Assembly: GCA_964524325.1 (NCBI GenBank)
Contig: CAZGCT010000003.1
Coordinates: forward strand, 196,410-260,409
Reading direction: 5' to 3'
Length of the DNA stretch: 64,000 nucleotides
Origin: an uncultured Hyphomicrobiales bacterium
GTDB taxonomy: Bacteria > Bacteroidota > Ignavibacteria > Kapaibacteriales > UBA2268
Position numbers and translations under genes: made by a program. Position 1 is the stretch's first letter. Each line of letters opens with the position of its first letter. The notes under the pieces are model-generated. The model was not told where the DNA came from. It did no database searches and worked only from the letters and a program-made list of their open reading frames with translations. Below, one piece after another: positions 31,933 through 40,996 of this stretch.

Positions 31933-32145
31933 ATGGAAAAAAAGCAAAATTATAGAATCATTCAACCTTTAAAAAAAGAAGTTAAAGACGATGTTTTGTA
32001 TAAAAACCAACTTCAAGAGGAACTTCTTTACCGTAAACAGTTGTTGAACGAAATTAAGCAAAGAATTAGAATCAGCATCGAAAAAAACGACCAAGCTTTT
32101 TGGAGAACTCTTAAAATACTCTTAAACCAACCAGAAAAGGAATAA
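31933..32145 (+). CDS. small hypothetical coiled-coil protein (70 aa)
   Basis: ATG 9 nt after the pyrC stop. Charged, helical composition. No recognisable domain. Confidence 0.35.
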   Translation: MEKKQNYRIIQPLKKEVKDDVLYKNQLQEELLYRKQLLNEIKQRIRISIEKNDQAFWRTLKILLNQPEKE

Positions 32146-32265
32146 TAAAATTTTTTTCATTGATTTATTTTATATTCAATGTAATATAATCTATATTATG
32201 TAAACTAAATAATTTTAATCATTAACCTTTTTTTTATTTTTGAATTTTATATTCTGGTTAGGATT

Positions 32266-32829
32266 ATGTTTAGGATTAAACATCAAAATAAAGATTTATT
32301 CTCTTTACTTCTTATTGTAATTGCTATTCTTTCCCGTTTTATTCCACATCCACCAAACTTTACTCCAATTACAGCAATAGCTCTTTTCGCTGGATTTTCT
32401 TTTAATAATAAGGTAGTTTCATTCTTAGTCCCACTAATTGCCATGCTAGTATCAGACTTTTTTATTGGATTTCATTCAACGATGTGGGCTGTCTATCTTT
32501 CCTTTATTTTAATTGTTACTTTTGGTTTTATATTAAGAAATAGATTTAAATTTGGTAGATTATTTTCCCTTATTTTACTCTCTTCCTTTTCATTTTATAT
32601 CATCACAAATTTTGCAGTGTGGCTAACTTCTGGGATGTACCCACTTAATTTTGAAGGTCTAGTTCAATGTTACACGATGGGTTTACCATTTTACAATACA
32701 TCAACAGTGGGTATGTTGGGTTTTAGTCTTTTAGGAGATATTTTTTATTCTTTTGTAATATTCGGTGCTTACAAGTTGGCAGAAAACAAACTTATAGAGT
32801 CTAATACCAAAACCAGCCTTTATAATTAA
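32266..32829 (+). CDS. hypothetical polytopic membrane protein (187 aa)
   Basis: 5-6 hydrophobic helices. No diagnostic motif recognised. Confidence 0.5.
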   Translation: MFRIKHQNKDLFSLLLIVIAILSRFIPHPPNFTPITAIALFAGFSFNNKVVSFLVPLIAMLVSDFFIGFHSTMWAVYLSFILIVTFGFILRNRFKFGRLFSLILLSSFSFYIITNFAVWLTSGMYPLNFEGLVQCYTMGLPFYNTSTVGMLGFSLLGDIFYSFVIFGAYKLAENKLIESNTKTSLYN

Positions 32830-32857
32830 TAAATAACTAAAATTCTATTAAATAATT

Positions 32858-33355
32858 TTACTCTTCTTCTAAATCTGAAGTTAGATCTGCTGCTCTCTTT
32901 CCCCCAGAGAGATTTACTATTATATCATCATAATGGTCGCAGATTACAGCAATTGTCTTGAGAATTAATTTTAATGATTGTGGATTTAAAGAGCTCCCAA
33001 GAATTGTATGCGAAAAAGTAATTGTATTGTCAAAAATCAAACCAAAAGCACCAAAGTGAAGTTCTGCATTTTTTCTTAAAAGAAAATGCATTAATTCCGA
33101 GGTTATTTGAGCTCCTGTTACTACATTTGAATAAAATTCAATACAAGCCTCGGTTGTCGTATAGGGTCTTACCATGATCATTATCTGAGAAGACCCTTTC
33201 TGTATAGTAAACCTTGAATTATCAAATTTTATGTGTTCGGGGAAATACTCATCAAGCAAATTACCCAACTGCATTGAGATGGCATCCAAAATCTCTTGTG
33301 GTGTTTGAATAAATCCGTCTTTTTCATTTGCAGTTAAAATTTCCTTATCTTCCAT
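32858..33355 (-). CDS. YbjN-domain protein (putative sensory transduction regulator / chaperone-like fold)
   Basis: 165 aa. Its pattern (..RFTIQKGSSQIMIMVRP.., acidic C-terminal tail) resembles YbjN. It lies immediately downstream of pspA. Confidence 0.45.
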   Translation of the reverse strand: MEDKEILTANEKDGFIQTPQEILDAISMQLGNLLDEYFPEHIKFDNSRFTIQKGSSQIMIMVRPYTTTEACIEFYSNVVTGAQITSELMHFLLRKNAELHFGAFGLIFDNTITFSHTILGSSLNPQSLKLILKTIAVICDHYDDIIVNLSGGKRAADLTSDLEEE

Positions 33356-33364
33356 ATTAAACCT

Positions 33365-34060
33365 CTATTGTTGAATTTCATTTTGTGAACTTTGTGGAAG
33401 TAAACCCATTTTGGCTTTCAATTCGAGAAGTTGCTTTTCAACATCAGAAGATGAGGATAATCTTTTAAATTCCTCATCAAGTGACGTATTTTCAGATGCA
33501 AGTTGTTCAAATGCCAAGGCTTCTGATTCAAGTTTTTCGATTTTTTCTTCATATTTATCGAATTTGCCAAAAGCATCTGACCCTACCCCACTTAAGCTTT
33601 TAGCAATTTGCTTTTGGGCTTTCGCAGCCTGGGAGCGTGCGATAAGAGTACTTTGCCGAGCTCGTGCTTCTTCAAGTTTAGACTTAAGACTATTTAGTTG
33701 GGTTCGAAGCTTATTTGTAGTTTCTCTTGCCTGTTGATAAATTGGTTGTAAGTCTTGAAAATTCTTATCCGCAATCATTTTCCTTTCGAGAGCAGATTTA
33801 GCAAGATCTTCTCTACCGGCTTGCAATGCTTGGCGAGCTTTGAATTCCCATTCCTCAGATTCTTTCCTTGATTTTTCAATCTTTCTTTCGAGAGATTTTT
33901 CGTTTGCGATTGCATTTGCAACTGCAAGAGTTGCTTTGTTAACACTTTCTTCCATCTCGAGGACCATCTGTTTAATCATTTTTTCTGGATCCTCTGCTTT
34001 GTCCAATGCATCATTTACATTGGCTTTGAAAATGTCTGCTATTCTGCTAAAAATTCCCAT
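33365..34060 (-). CDS. pspA: PspA/IM30 family protein (phage-shock protein A-like)
   Basis: Canonical N-terminus MGIFSRIADIFKANVNDALDKAEDPEKMIKQMVLEMEE followed by a long coiled coil. I trimmed the start to the MGIF Met. Confidence 0.85.
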   Translation of the reverse strand: MGIFSRIADIFKANVNDALDKAEDPEKMIKQMVLEMEESVNKATLAVANAIANEKSLERKIEKSRKESEEWEFKARQALQAGREDLAKSALERKMIADKNFQDLQPIYQQARETTNKLRTQLNSLKSKLEEARARQSTLIARSQAAKAQKQIAKSLSGVGSDAFGKFDKYEEKIEKLESEALAFEQLASENTSLDEEFKRLSSSSDVEKQLLELKAKMGLLPQSSQNEIQQ

Positions 34061-34155
34061 AAAAGACCTCTTTAAGAAAAACAATGATTTTAATTTAACG
34101 TTTCTATATTTACAAAAATAAAAATTTTTATTTTGTTGTTTAAATTTGGTATAAT

Positions 34156-34482
34156 ATGAAATTTGATTTCAAAGAAGCCTTTGAGATGTTTCAGAAGATA
34201 CAAGAAGAATTCCAAAAGTTTAGAATGGAATCTGCAGAAAAAATTTTCGAGGGGCAAAGTGGTGCTGGTTTGATAGTAGCTAAAGTTAATGGTAATTTTG
34301 AACTTATTGCGCTTGAAATTTCAAATCAAGCATTTGAACTTAACGATAAATCTCTGTTATCCGATTTGATTGTTGCTGCTGTCAATGCTGCATTGGATAA
34401 AGCAAAAGAAGAAGGAAATTCGGAATTAAAGAAGTTTTTAGGTCCTCTTGCTTCATCCTCCGGTTTTAACTTTAAATTTTAA
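34156..34482 (+). CDS. ybaB: nucleoid-associated protein YbaB/EbfC
   Basis: 108 aa with the ..GQSGAGLIVAKVNGNFELIALEIS.. core. It sits upstream of recR, as in many bacteria. Confidence 0.8.
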   Translation: MKFDFKEAFEMFQKIQEEFQKFRMESAEKIFEGQSGAGLIVAKVNGNFELIALEISNQAFELNDKSLLSDLIVAAVNAALDKAKEEGNSELKKFLGPLASSSGFNFKF

Positions 34483-34487
34483 CAAAT

Positions 34488-35084
34488 ATGAAATTCACGA
34501 GTCAAACGATCGAGGAAATGATTGAGATTCTTACTTCCTTGCCAACAATTGGAAGAAAATCTGCTCAAAGGCTTACCCTATTCTTGCTTCGACAACCCGA
34601 AGAATTCATTCATAAATTTTCGGAAACACTCCTTAAACTTAAGACAAATGTTAAATTATGCAGTATTTGTTACAATTTTACCGAAGCTGACCCATGCCCT
34701 ATTTGTGATTCCCCAGAAAGAAAAAAAGATTTAATTTGCGTTGTTGAACAGCCAGACGATTTACTTGCAATAGAAAAAACCAATGAATTCAAAGGGGTCT
34801 ACCATGTTCTCCATGGTACAATTAATCATTTGGATGGTATTTCTATTTCGAAACTTAAGATTATCGAATTAGTCAACCGAGCTAAAGAAGCAAAAGAAAT
34901 TATTTTTGCGCTTAATCCAAGTGTTGAGGGGGAAGTAACTATTCACTATATTGTCAATCTTCTTAAAACTTTACCAATACGTTTAACTAGAGTTGCTCGT
35001 GGACTTCCTTCTGGTATAGAAATTCAATTTGCTGATGATGCTACATTATTAAATGCCATTGAAAATAGAACAGAAATTAAATGA
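34488..35084 (+). CDS. recR: recombination protein RecR
   Basis: Helix-hairpin-helix N-terminus, a C4 zinc finger (CSICYNFTEADPCPICD), a Toprim domain and a Walker B-like region. 198 aa. Confidence 0.85.
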   Translation: MKFTSQTIEEMIEILTSLPTIGRKSAQRLTLFLLRQPEEFIHKFSETLLKLKTNVKLCSICYNFTEADPCPICDSPERKKDLICVVEQPDDLLAIEKTNEFKGVYHVLHGTINHLDGISISKLKIIELVNRAKEAKEIIFALNPSVEGEVTIHYIVNLLKTLPIRLTRVARGLPSGIEIQFADDATLLNAIENRTEIK

Positions 35085-35656
35085 AAAAAACAGCAATTTT
35101 GCTAATCGTTTTTCTAATCTCTTGCGAAATTTTTCGGACAAGAACACCCGAAGAACCAAATGAGTCGAATCTAAATTTTCCGCCGCCTACAACTCCTCAA
35201 ACTTTGTTAGATAATTTCACAAAGTCGTTTAATCAAAAGAACATTGCCATTTTTCAATCTTGTTTTTGGATTGAAAATAATGCTTATAGATTCTTTCCAA
35301 GTTCGGACGCACTTTCAATTTACTTAAACGTATTTCAAAATTGGACATTTACCTCCGAAATTAACTTTGCAAAGAATCTATTTAACAAATTTTCGAGCAA
35401 CGAGTACTTAAACATGCAATTTAGCAATAAGATTTTTTCTTCATATTCGACTGATTCAACTGTCTTCGTTGCTGACTATGAAGTCAATGTTAATTCAAAA
35501 GACAATACAATCAATAATGTTTATAAAGGCACTACCCAACTGGTTTTGGTCATTGATAAAGCGGGTTTATGGAAAATAATAAGATGGTATGACTTTAGCA
35601 AGCAACTCGATAATTATCAAACAATTAGTTTTTTAAAAGCAAAGTTACAATCTTGA
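35081..35656 (+). CDS. hypothetical lipoprotein (paralogue A)
   Basis: Lipobox LISC. The C-terminal ..GLWKIIRWYDF is similar to the next ORF. Confidence 0.45.
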   Translation: MKKTAILLIVFLISCEIFRTRTPEEPNESNLNFPPPTTPQTLLDNFTKSFNQKNIAIFQSCFWIENNAYRFFPSSDALSIYLNVFQNWTFTSEINFAKNLFNKFSSNEYLNMQFSNKIFSSYSTDSTVFVADYEVNVNSKDNTINNVYKGTTQLVLVIDKAGLWKIIRWYDFSKQLDNYQTISFLKAKLQS

Positions 35657-35657
35657 A

Positions 35658-36182
35658 ATGAATTTTATTCAAAGTTATTCGAAAGCTTTTTTGTCAATAC
35701 TATTACCTTGTTTATCACTTTTGGGTTGTTTCAATCCTTTCGCTCCAAAATTAGTTGAGGATAATTCGACACAATCAATTCTTTCCAGTCAATCAACAGT
35801 TGAAGGAGTCTTTCAGAATTTCCGTTATTCCTATAATTTCAGGGATACAGTGGTTTATTCAAAATTACTATCAGAAGACTTTGTTTTTGTTTATAAAAAT
35901 TATGACATTGGTGTCGACAAAAGCTGGGGTAAGTTTGAAGATGTTAAGACTACCTATGGTTTATTCCAAGCGGCAAATTATATAGATTTAATTTGGAATG
36001 ATTCATATTTAATGATTGGAGATTCTGTTGAAAAAAATGTACAAAGAGGATTTTCACTTACTATCGTGTTTTCGACAAATGATATTGTTCGTTTACAAGG
36101 AAAAGGTAATTTTAAATTAAGATTTAACCCAATAGACTCAATTTGGCAAATAACATACTGGCGGGACGAAACCTACTTCTAA
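35658..36182 (+). CDS. hypothetical lipoprotein (paralogue B)
   Basis: Lipobox LLGC. The C-terminal ..SIWQITYWRDE parallels the preceding ORF. Confidence 0.45.
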   Translation: MNFIQSYSKAFLSILLPCLSLLGCFNPFAPKLVEDNSTQSILSSQSTVEGVFQNFRYSYNFRDTVVYSKLLSEDFVFVYKNYDIGVDKSWGKFEDVKTTYGLFQAANYIDLIWNDSYLMIGDSVEKNVQRGFSLTIVFSTNDIVRLQGKGNFKLRFNPIDSIWQITYWRDETYF

Positions 36183-36950
36183 TTATTCTTCCATTTCCTT
36201 GAACTTGTTTCTAATTCTTTTAATAATGGATGAATGAATTTGAGAAACTCTACTTTCGGACAAACCGAGGATTTGGCCAATCTCTTTGAATTTTAGGTTT
36301 TCGTAATAATACAAAGTTGCTATCAATCTTTCCCTGTCAGGAAGGGACAACAAAAAACGATATATGATTTGCACTTTTTCGTTCTCAACAATATTTTCAA
36401 GTGGGTTTTTTTCCTCTTCAATAGCTAAATTTTGTATGAAAGGAATTTCTTCATTGTCCTCTACGAATTCTAAGTTTTCTCCAATAAAAAATGACTCTTG
36501 GAAGGTTTGATACGCCAGAAGATATTCCTTCATTTCCTTTTCATCCAAATTAAGAACTTTAGATAACTCTTTTAAATCATATTCACCTTTTTGAACAAAA
36601 TACCTATCCAACTTATCTGAAAACTCTTTAGCTTTCCTCCTTGTGTTTCGGGAAAGCCAATCTATACGCCGTAGTTCATCGAAAATTGCTCCTTTAATCC
36701 TTGGATATGCAAAAGTTTCAAATTTGATATTCTGTTCAGGGTCGTATTTCTCAATTGCTTCTACCAATCCAATGATCCCAATATTCACTAAATCATTGTT
36801 GGACAAGATAGAATTAGGTGGTAAATTTATGGACTTAATTATTGTTTTTACAAAGGGAAGGTATTTCAAAACAAGTTTATTGCGGAGTTCCGATGTCCTT
36901 TCTTTCCTAAAGTTAAACCAAGTCTCTTTTATTTCTACATTTTTTTGCAT
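36183..36950 (-). CDS. fliA: RNA polymerase sigma factor FliA/WhiG (sigma-28) family
   Basis: Region 2 has the LRRIDWLSRNTRRKAKEF motif typical of FliA. Region 4 has an HTH (LKFKEIGQILGLSESRVSQIHS). It lies in an operon with flhF and flhG. Confidence 0.75.
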   Translation of the reverse strand: MQKNVEIKETWFNFRKERTSELRNKLVLKYLPFVKTIIKSINLPPNSILSNNDLVNIGIIGLVEAIEKYDPEQNIKFETFAYPRIKGAIFDELRRIDWLSRNTRRKAKEFSDKLDRYFVQKGEYDLKELSKVLNLDEKEMKEYLLAYQTFQESFFIGENLEFVEDNEEIPFIQNLAIEEEKNPLENIVENEKVQIIYRFLLSLPDRERLIATLYYYENLKFKEIGQILGLSESRVSQIHSSIIKRIRNKFKEMEE

Positions 36951-37001
36951 TTAAAACAAGGTAAAATAACAAGTCTATAAATAAAAAAATTAAGTTAGAT
37001 T

Positions 37002-37490
37002 TTATTTATTTTCTAACTGATCTCGTAATTTTTTAATCTCAGCATCTCTTTTCTCTTGTGCCTCTCTCAAAAGCTGCTCTCTTTCAAGTTTACCCTCGAT
37101 TGCAATTCTTTCTTTTTCGCGTAATAGTTCTTCCTCGGCCTGCTTTTTCTCCTCTGCTTCTTTTTGACGAGCCTTCGCAATAATGAAAAACCAAATTAAA
37201 AAGATAATTCCGAGTCCAAAATATACAATAGCAAAAAGGAAAAAGCCCTTAAAGACAGAACTTAGAAGTGTATTACCTTCTAAATAAAAATTGTAAAGGG
37301 CAAATAAAATTCCTGAAACAGAGCCTACAATCAACAAAGATTTAAAGGGAAACGAGGTTATTTTGTCTAATTTCTTTTTTTCTGCTTTAATTCTTTTTTT
37401 TAACCTTAGCTCCTGTTCTTTTTTAATTTTTTCTTTTTCTTTGAGCGATTTTTTCTTGTCTTTAAAAATTTCTTCTTTTACTTTGGCCAT
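37002..37490 (-). CDS. hypothetical highly charged coiled-coil protein with two central TM helices (162 aa)
   Basis: Lys/Glu-rich flanks around a hydrophobic core. Located between flhG and fliA. Confidence 0.4.
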   Translation of the reverse strand: MAKVKEEIFKDKKKSLKEKEKIKKEQELRLKKRIKAEKKKLDKITSFPFKSLLIVGSVSGILFALYNFYLEGNTLLSSVFKGFFLFAIVYFGLGIIFLIWFFIIAKARQKEAEEKKQAEEELLREKERIAIEGKLEREQLLREAQEKRDAEIKKLRDQLENK

Positions 37491-37524
37491 TTTAATTCCG
37501 AATTATACTGCAAAAATAAAAACT

Positions 37525-38298
37525 TTAAGACAAAATCTTTTCGTCTATAAATTTAGAAAATTGTTTAGCTAACTCATTAAGGCTTTCAATGAACTCAAGG
37601 GATCTATGGTATTCCAAATATTCTTTCAGGTTAAAGAAATATTTTTTCAGATCTTTTTCATAAGGGATAATCCCCCAGTTTGGAAATTTTAAGCCAAGAA
37701 AATTATTGGTTGCCTGGTTAAAAATATTGGTGATATGAACACCATCTTCTTTTTCTACAACATTGTTCACAACGGTACAAATGTTTTCAACAGAAAAAAA
37801 TTTATACAATATTTTCGTTAACCCATACCCATCAAGTAAGGAAATGGGTTCATCAGTCAGAAATAACAAATTAATTGTTGAATTTTTACAAAAGCTTGAA
37901 ATTATTTTGCTAAATCCCGTGTGATTATCAACAAGAATAATATCAAAATCATTTTCCTTAACAAGCTCTTCAAATTTATCTAATAAAACTTCACTCAAGT
38001 CCAAATCTATCTCAAAATTATTTACCCCACCGACAAGAAATATCCGGCTCGAAACTTTCACAATTGCTTTATTAATGGAGATATTATGAGTAATTACATC
38101 AATGAGCTTGATATTTGGTTCTACTCCATTAAGAATATGTTGCACTGGTTTGTACAAGTCGTTGTCCCATATTAAAATGGTTGAATATTTCTCGGCAAGT
38201 ATTTGCGCAAGAAGGGAAAGAATGGTGCTTTTACCAACGGAACTTTTACCACTATTAAATGTAACAATTAATGTTTTTTTTTCTTTCATTTCAATCAA
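37525..38298 (-). CDS. flhG: MinD/ParA-family ATPase, flagellar number regulator FlhG-like
   Basis: Deviant Walker A SGKSSVGKST. It follows directly after flhF. The start may be at 38289 (MKEKK). Confidence 0.6.
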   Translation of the reverse strand: MIEMKEKKTLIVTFNSGKSSVGKSTILSLLAQILAEKYSTILIWDNDLYKPVQHILNGVEPNIKLIDVITHNISINKAIVKVSSRIFLVGGVNNFEIDLDLSEVLLDKFEELVKENDFDIILVDNHTGFSKIISSFCKNSTINLLFLTDEPISLLDGYGLTKILYKFFSVENICTVVNNVVEKEDGVHITNIFNQATNNFLGLKFPNWGIIPYEKDLKKYFFNLKEYLEYHRSLEFIESLNELAKQFSKFIDEKILS

Positions 38299-39409
38299 TT
38301 GAATTAATTAGAAACTTTTGCAACAATCCAGGATTTGCAGGTTCTATTGAATTTGGGATCTCTACCCCAACTGAAAAGTAAAGCAATGGAATTTCCTGGA
38401 CAACTTCCATCAAAGTCTCGTAAATGTGTCCTATTGTTGTAACTTCATCAAATTTAGTCAACATTAAGAAATTAGGTTTACAGACACGAAACGATTCCAT
38501 ACATCTTTGGAAGTTCAATGTACTTTGAGTAACTGAAAGAACTAAAATTATGCTTGTCCAATTTAACAACCTCGAAATTTCTTTCAGTTCATTAATAAAT
38601 TCTTCGTCCCGTGGGCTACCACCACTTGTATCAACAAGAATAAAATCATACGACTTTAACAAATTAATTTGCTCCATTAATTCCTCTTTAGTTTGGCAAA
38701 ATATAGTATTCAATCCTGTCACTGCGGATAACATTTGCATCTGTTCCCACCCTCCAATTTTCCTGTAGTCGAACGAAACTAAACAAATTCGTGCGTTAAG
38801 AAGCACCTTAAATAATACACCTATTTTGGCAATATTAATTGTCTTTCCACTTCCAGTGGGGCCTACAAAGAGTATATAATTTTGGGTTTCATTGTTTGGA
38901 AATTTACCAACATATTTTAGCTTTTCAGAAAGTATTTTATTTGCAAAATTAAGTAGGTCGTTGGCGGTTATATTCTTTTTAGTTAAACTGTTCACAAGCG
39001 AAAGAGTGAATTCAGAAGAAAATCCATTTTTCATCATAAGTTTTGCTAATTCAGACATATCGGATGGTAATTCTGAAATAAATCTATAAGTGATTTTATC
39101 GGATAAATCATATAGAAAATTTTTAATAGTTGAAATTTCTTTATAAATATTAGAAGTCAATTCCAAAAAGCTGCCACTAATTTCTTTAGTGCTTTTGCTT
39201 TTTTCTGATAGAATAATATCTTTCTCAAATAAGGGAGGGACATCATTTTCAGTATCAGTTGCAGCAACAAGCTCAACTAATTCTTCAAATTCCGGGGGCA
39301 CGGGAGGAATTACTCTTGTTGATAAAATAATTGCTTCGGGTCCTAATTCAGAAAAAATTCTTTCCTTTCCTTCTTGAAAGGATTTAGCTCGAAATTTTCT
39401 TATTTTCAT
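38291..39409 (-). CDS. flhF: flagellar biosynthesis SRP-type GTPase FlhF
   Basis: G1 motif VGPTGSGKT, G3 motif DTSGGS, and the NK/TKxD region of SRP-type GTPases. 372 aa. Confidence 0.7.
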   Translation of the reverse strand: MKIRKFRAKSFQEGKERIFSELGPEAIILSTRVIPPVPPEFEELVELVAATDTENDVPPLFEKDIILSEKSKSTKEISGSFLELTSNIYKEISTIKNFLYDLSDKITYRFISELPSDMSELAKLMMKNGFSSEFTLSLVNSLTKKNITANDLLNFANKILSEKLKYVGKFPNNETQNYILFVGPTGSGKTINIAKIGVLFKVLLNARICLVSFDYRKIGGWEQMQMLSAVTGLNTIFCQTKEELMEQINLLKSYDFILVDTSGGSPRDEEFINELKEISRLLNWTSIILVLSVTQSTLNFQRCMESFRVCKPNFLMLTKFDEVTTIGHIYETLMEVVQEIPLLYFSVGVEIPNSIEPANPGLLQKFLINSID

Positions 39410-39527
39410 TTCATATCCATAATATTAATAATGAATATTGAAATTTTTATGCCAAATTTTCTCCTTTTCGAAATAAAAGTTATAAAAATAAAAACTAATT
39501 ATTTTATAATTTTGCTTTTTTTATGAA

Positions 39528-40400
39528 ATGAAAATTACTTTTGAACAACAAACATACAATAACAACATAAGAGATATTGGCAAGTTGCAGGAAATTGCTA
39601 AAGAATTACGTCGCGATGTAATAAAAAGTCTTTATTTGGCGAAATCAGGTCATTCTGGTGGATCTTTAGGAACCGCAGATATCTTTGCTGTTCTTTTTTT
39701 CGGTGGCTATTTAAAATACGACCCAAAGAATCCAAAGTGGGAAAAGCGCGATAGGTTTGTATTGAGTGCCGGACATATTTGTCCAATTCTTTATGCAACA
39801 CTAGCTCGTGCTGGATTCTTCCCCGTCGAAGAACTTTCTACTCTTAGAAAATTAGGTTCAAGATTGCAAGGACATCCCGCCCTCGACACCAATCTTCCCG
39901 GTATAGAAACATCTGCTGGCTCGCTTGGCCAGGGTGTCTCAATAGCTGTCGGTATGGCTTTGAATGATAAGTACCTAGATAAAAACGACCGCAGGGTTTT
40001 TGTTTTAGCTGGGGATGGCGAACTACAAGAAGGTTCTGTTTGGGAAGCTGCTATGTCTGCTGGAAATTACAAATTAGACAATCTTTGTTGGATTATCGAT
40101 AATAATGACTGCCAAATTGATGGACGAGTCAAAGATGTTATGAGTATCTATCCGCTCGACTTAAAGTTTAGTGCATTTAAATTTGAATGCATTTCAATTG
40201 ATGGTCATAACTATCATGAAATCATAGCTGCCTTCGATAAATTTATTGAAAACCATGAAAGAGGTATTGGAAAACCAACAGTTATTATTGCTAAAACCAA
40301 GATGGGATATCCAATCTCTTTTATGACCGACAATTACGAATGGCATGGAATTCCTCCCAATGAAGAACAAGCTAAAATTGCTTTAATGGAGCTGCAATGA
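39528..40400 (+). CDS. transketolase, N-terminal subunit (TPP-binding)
   Basis: GHSGGSLGTADIFAVLF and GDGELQEGSVWEA TPP motifs. At 290 aa this is a split-type transketolase. Confidence 0.8.
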   Translation: MKITFEQQTYNNNIRDIGKLQEIAKELRRDVIKSLYLAKSGHSGGSLGTADIFAVLFFGGYLKYDPKNPKWEKRDRFVLSAGHICPILYATLARAGFFPVEELSTLRKLGSRLQGHPALDTNLPGIETSAGSLGQGVSIAVGMALNDKYLDKNDRRVFVLAGDGELQEGSVWEAAMSAGNYKLDNLCWIIDNNDCQIDGRVKDVMSIYPLDLKFSAFKFECISIDGHNYHEIIAAFDKFIENHERGIGKPTVIIAKTKMGYPISFMTDNYEWHGIPPNEEQAKIALMELQ

Positions 40401-40996
40401 AACTATTGCTTATTTTTCTTATTATAATTTATTTTATTTCTATTTCATGTTCAAAAAAAACAAACGATAACAACCAAATTTTCCAGGATAACTCCAAAAT
40501 TGAACAACTGGTTACCCCACACCAAAAGACAACTGAATTTAATAGTACAAAACCAATACCTTATGAAGAACTTTCACAAATTTTCCCCAAAAACATTTCA
40601 GAACTTCAATTAGAAAAAATTAATAAAGGTACAATCAACTATACTGGGCTAATAATTAATTCAGCATCAGCCGAATATTCCTCCCATAACGGTCTAATTT
40701 TGGTTTATGTTTACGACTATCTGAATTTTTCTAATCTTCCTAATCATTTAAAAAGCATTTTTGAAATTTCCACAAAATCAGACATTTTTTCTATTGAAAA
40801 TGGATTAGGTCGTTTTTCTTTAGATGAAATTTCACATTCAAATTATCTTGATTTAGTTTATTTAAAAAGGTTTCACATTAAAATCGAGTCAATTAACTAT
40901 CCCAATTTTCAAGATGAAGCTAAACATATTTTAAGCAGTCTTTATCTTAATCGTCTCTTAAAATCCGTGAAGGTTGGCAAAAATGGAACTTTTTAA
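40397..40996 (+). CDS. hypothetical lipoprotein inserted between the two transketolase subunit genes
   Basis: Lipobox ISISCS. Its start overlaps the tkt-N stop (ATGA) and its stop overlaps the tkt-C start by 14 bp. Confidence 0.5.
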   Translation: MKLLLIFLIIIYFISISCSKKTNDNNQIFQDNSKIEQLVTPHQKTTEFNSTKPIPYEELSQIFPKNISELQLEKINKGTINYTGLIINSASAEYSSHNGLILVYVYDYLNFSNLPNHLKSIFEISTKSDIFSIENGLGRFSLDEISHSNYLDLVYLKRFHIKIESINYPNFQDEAKHILSSLYLNRLLKSVKVGKNGTF

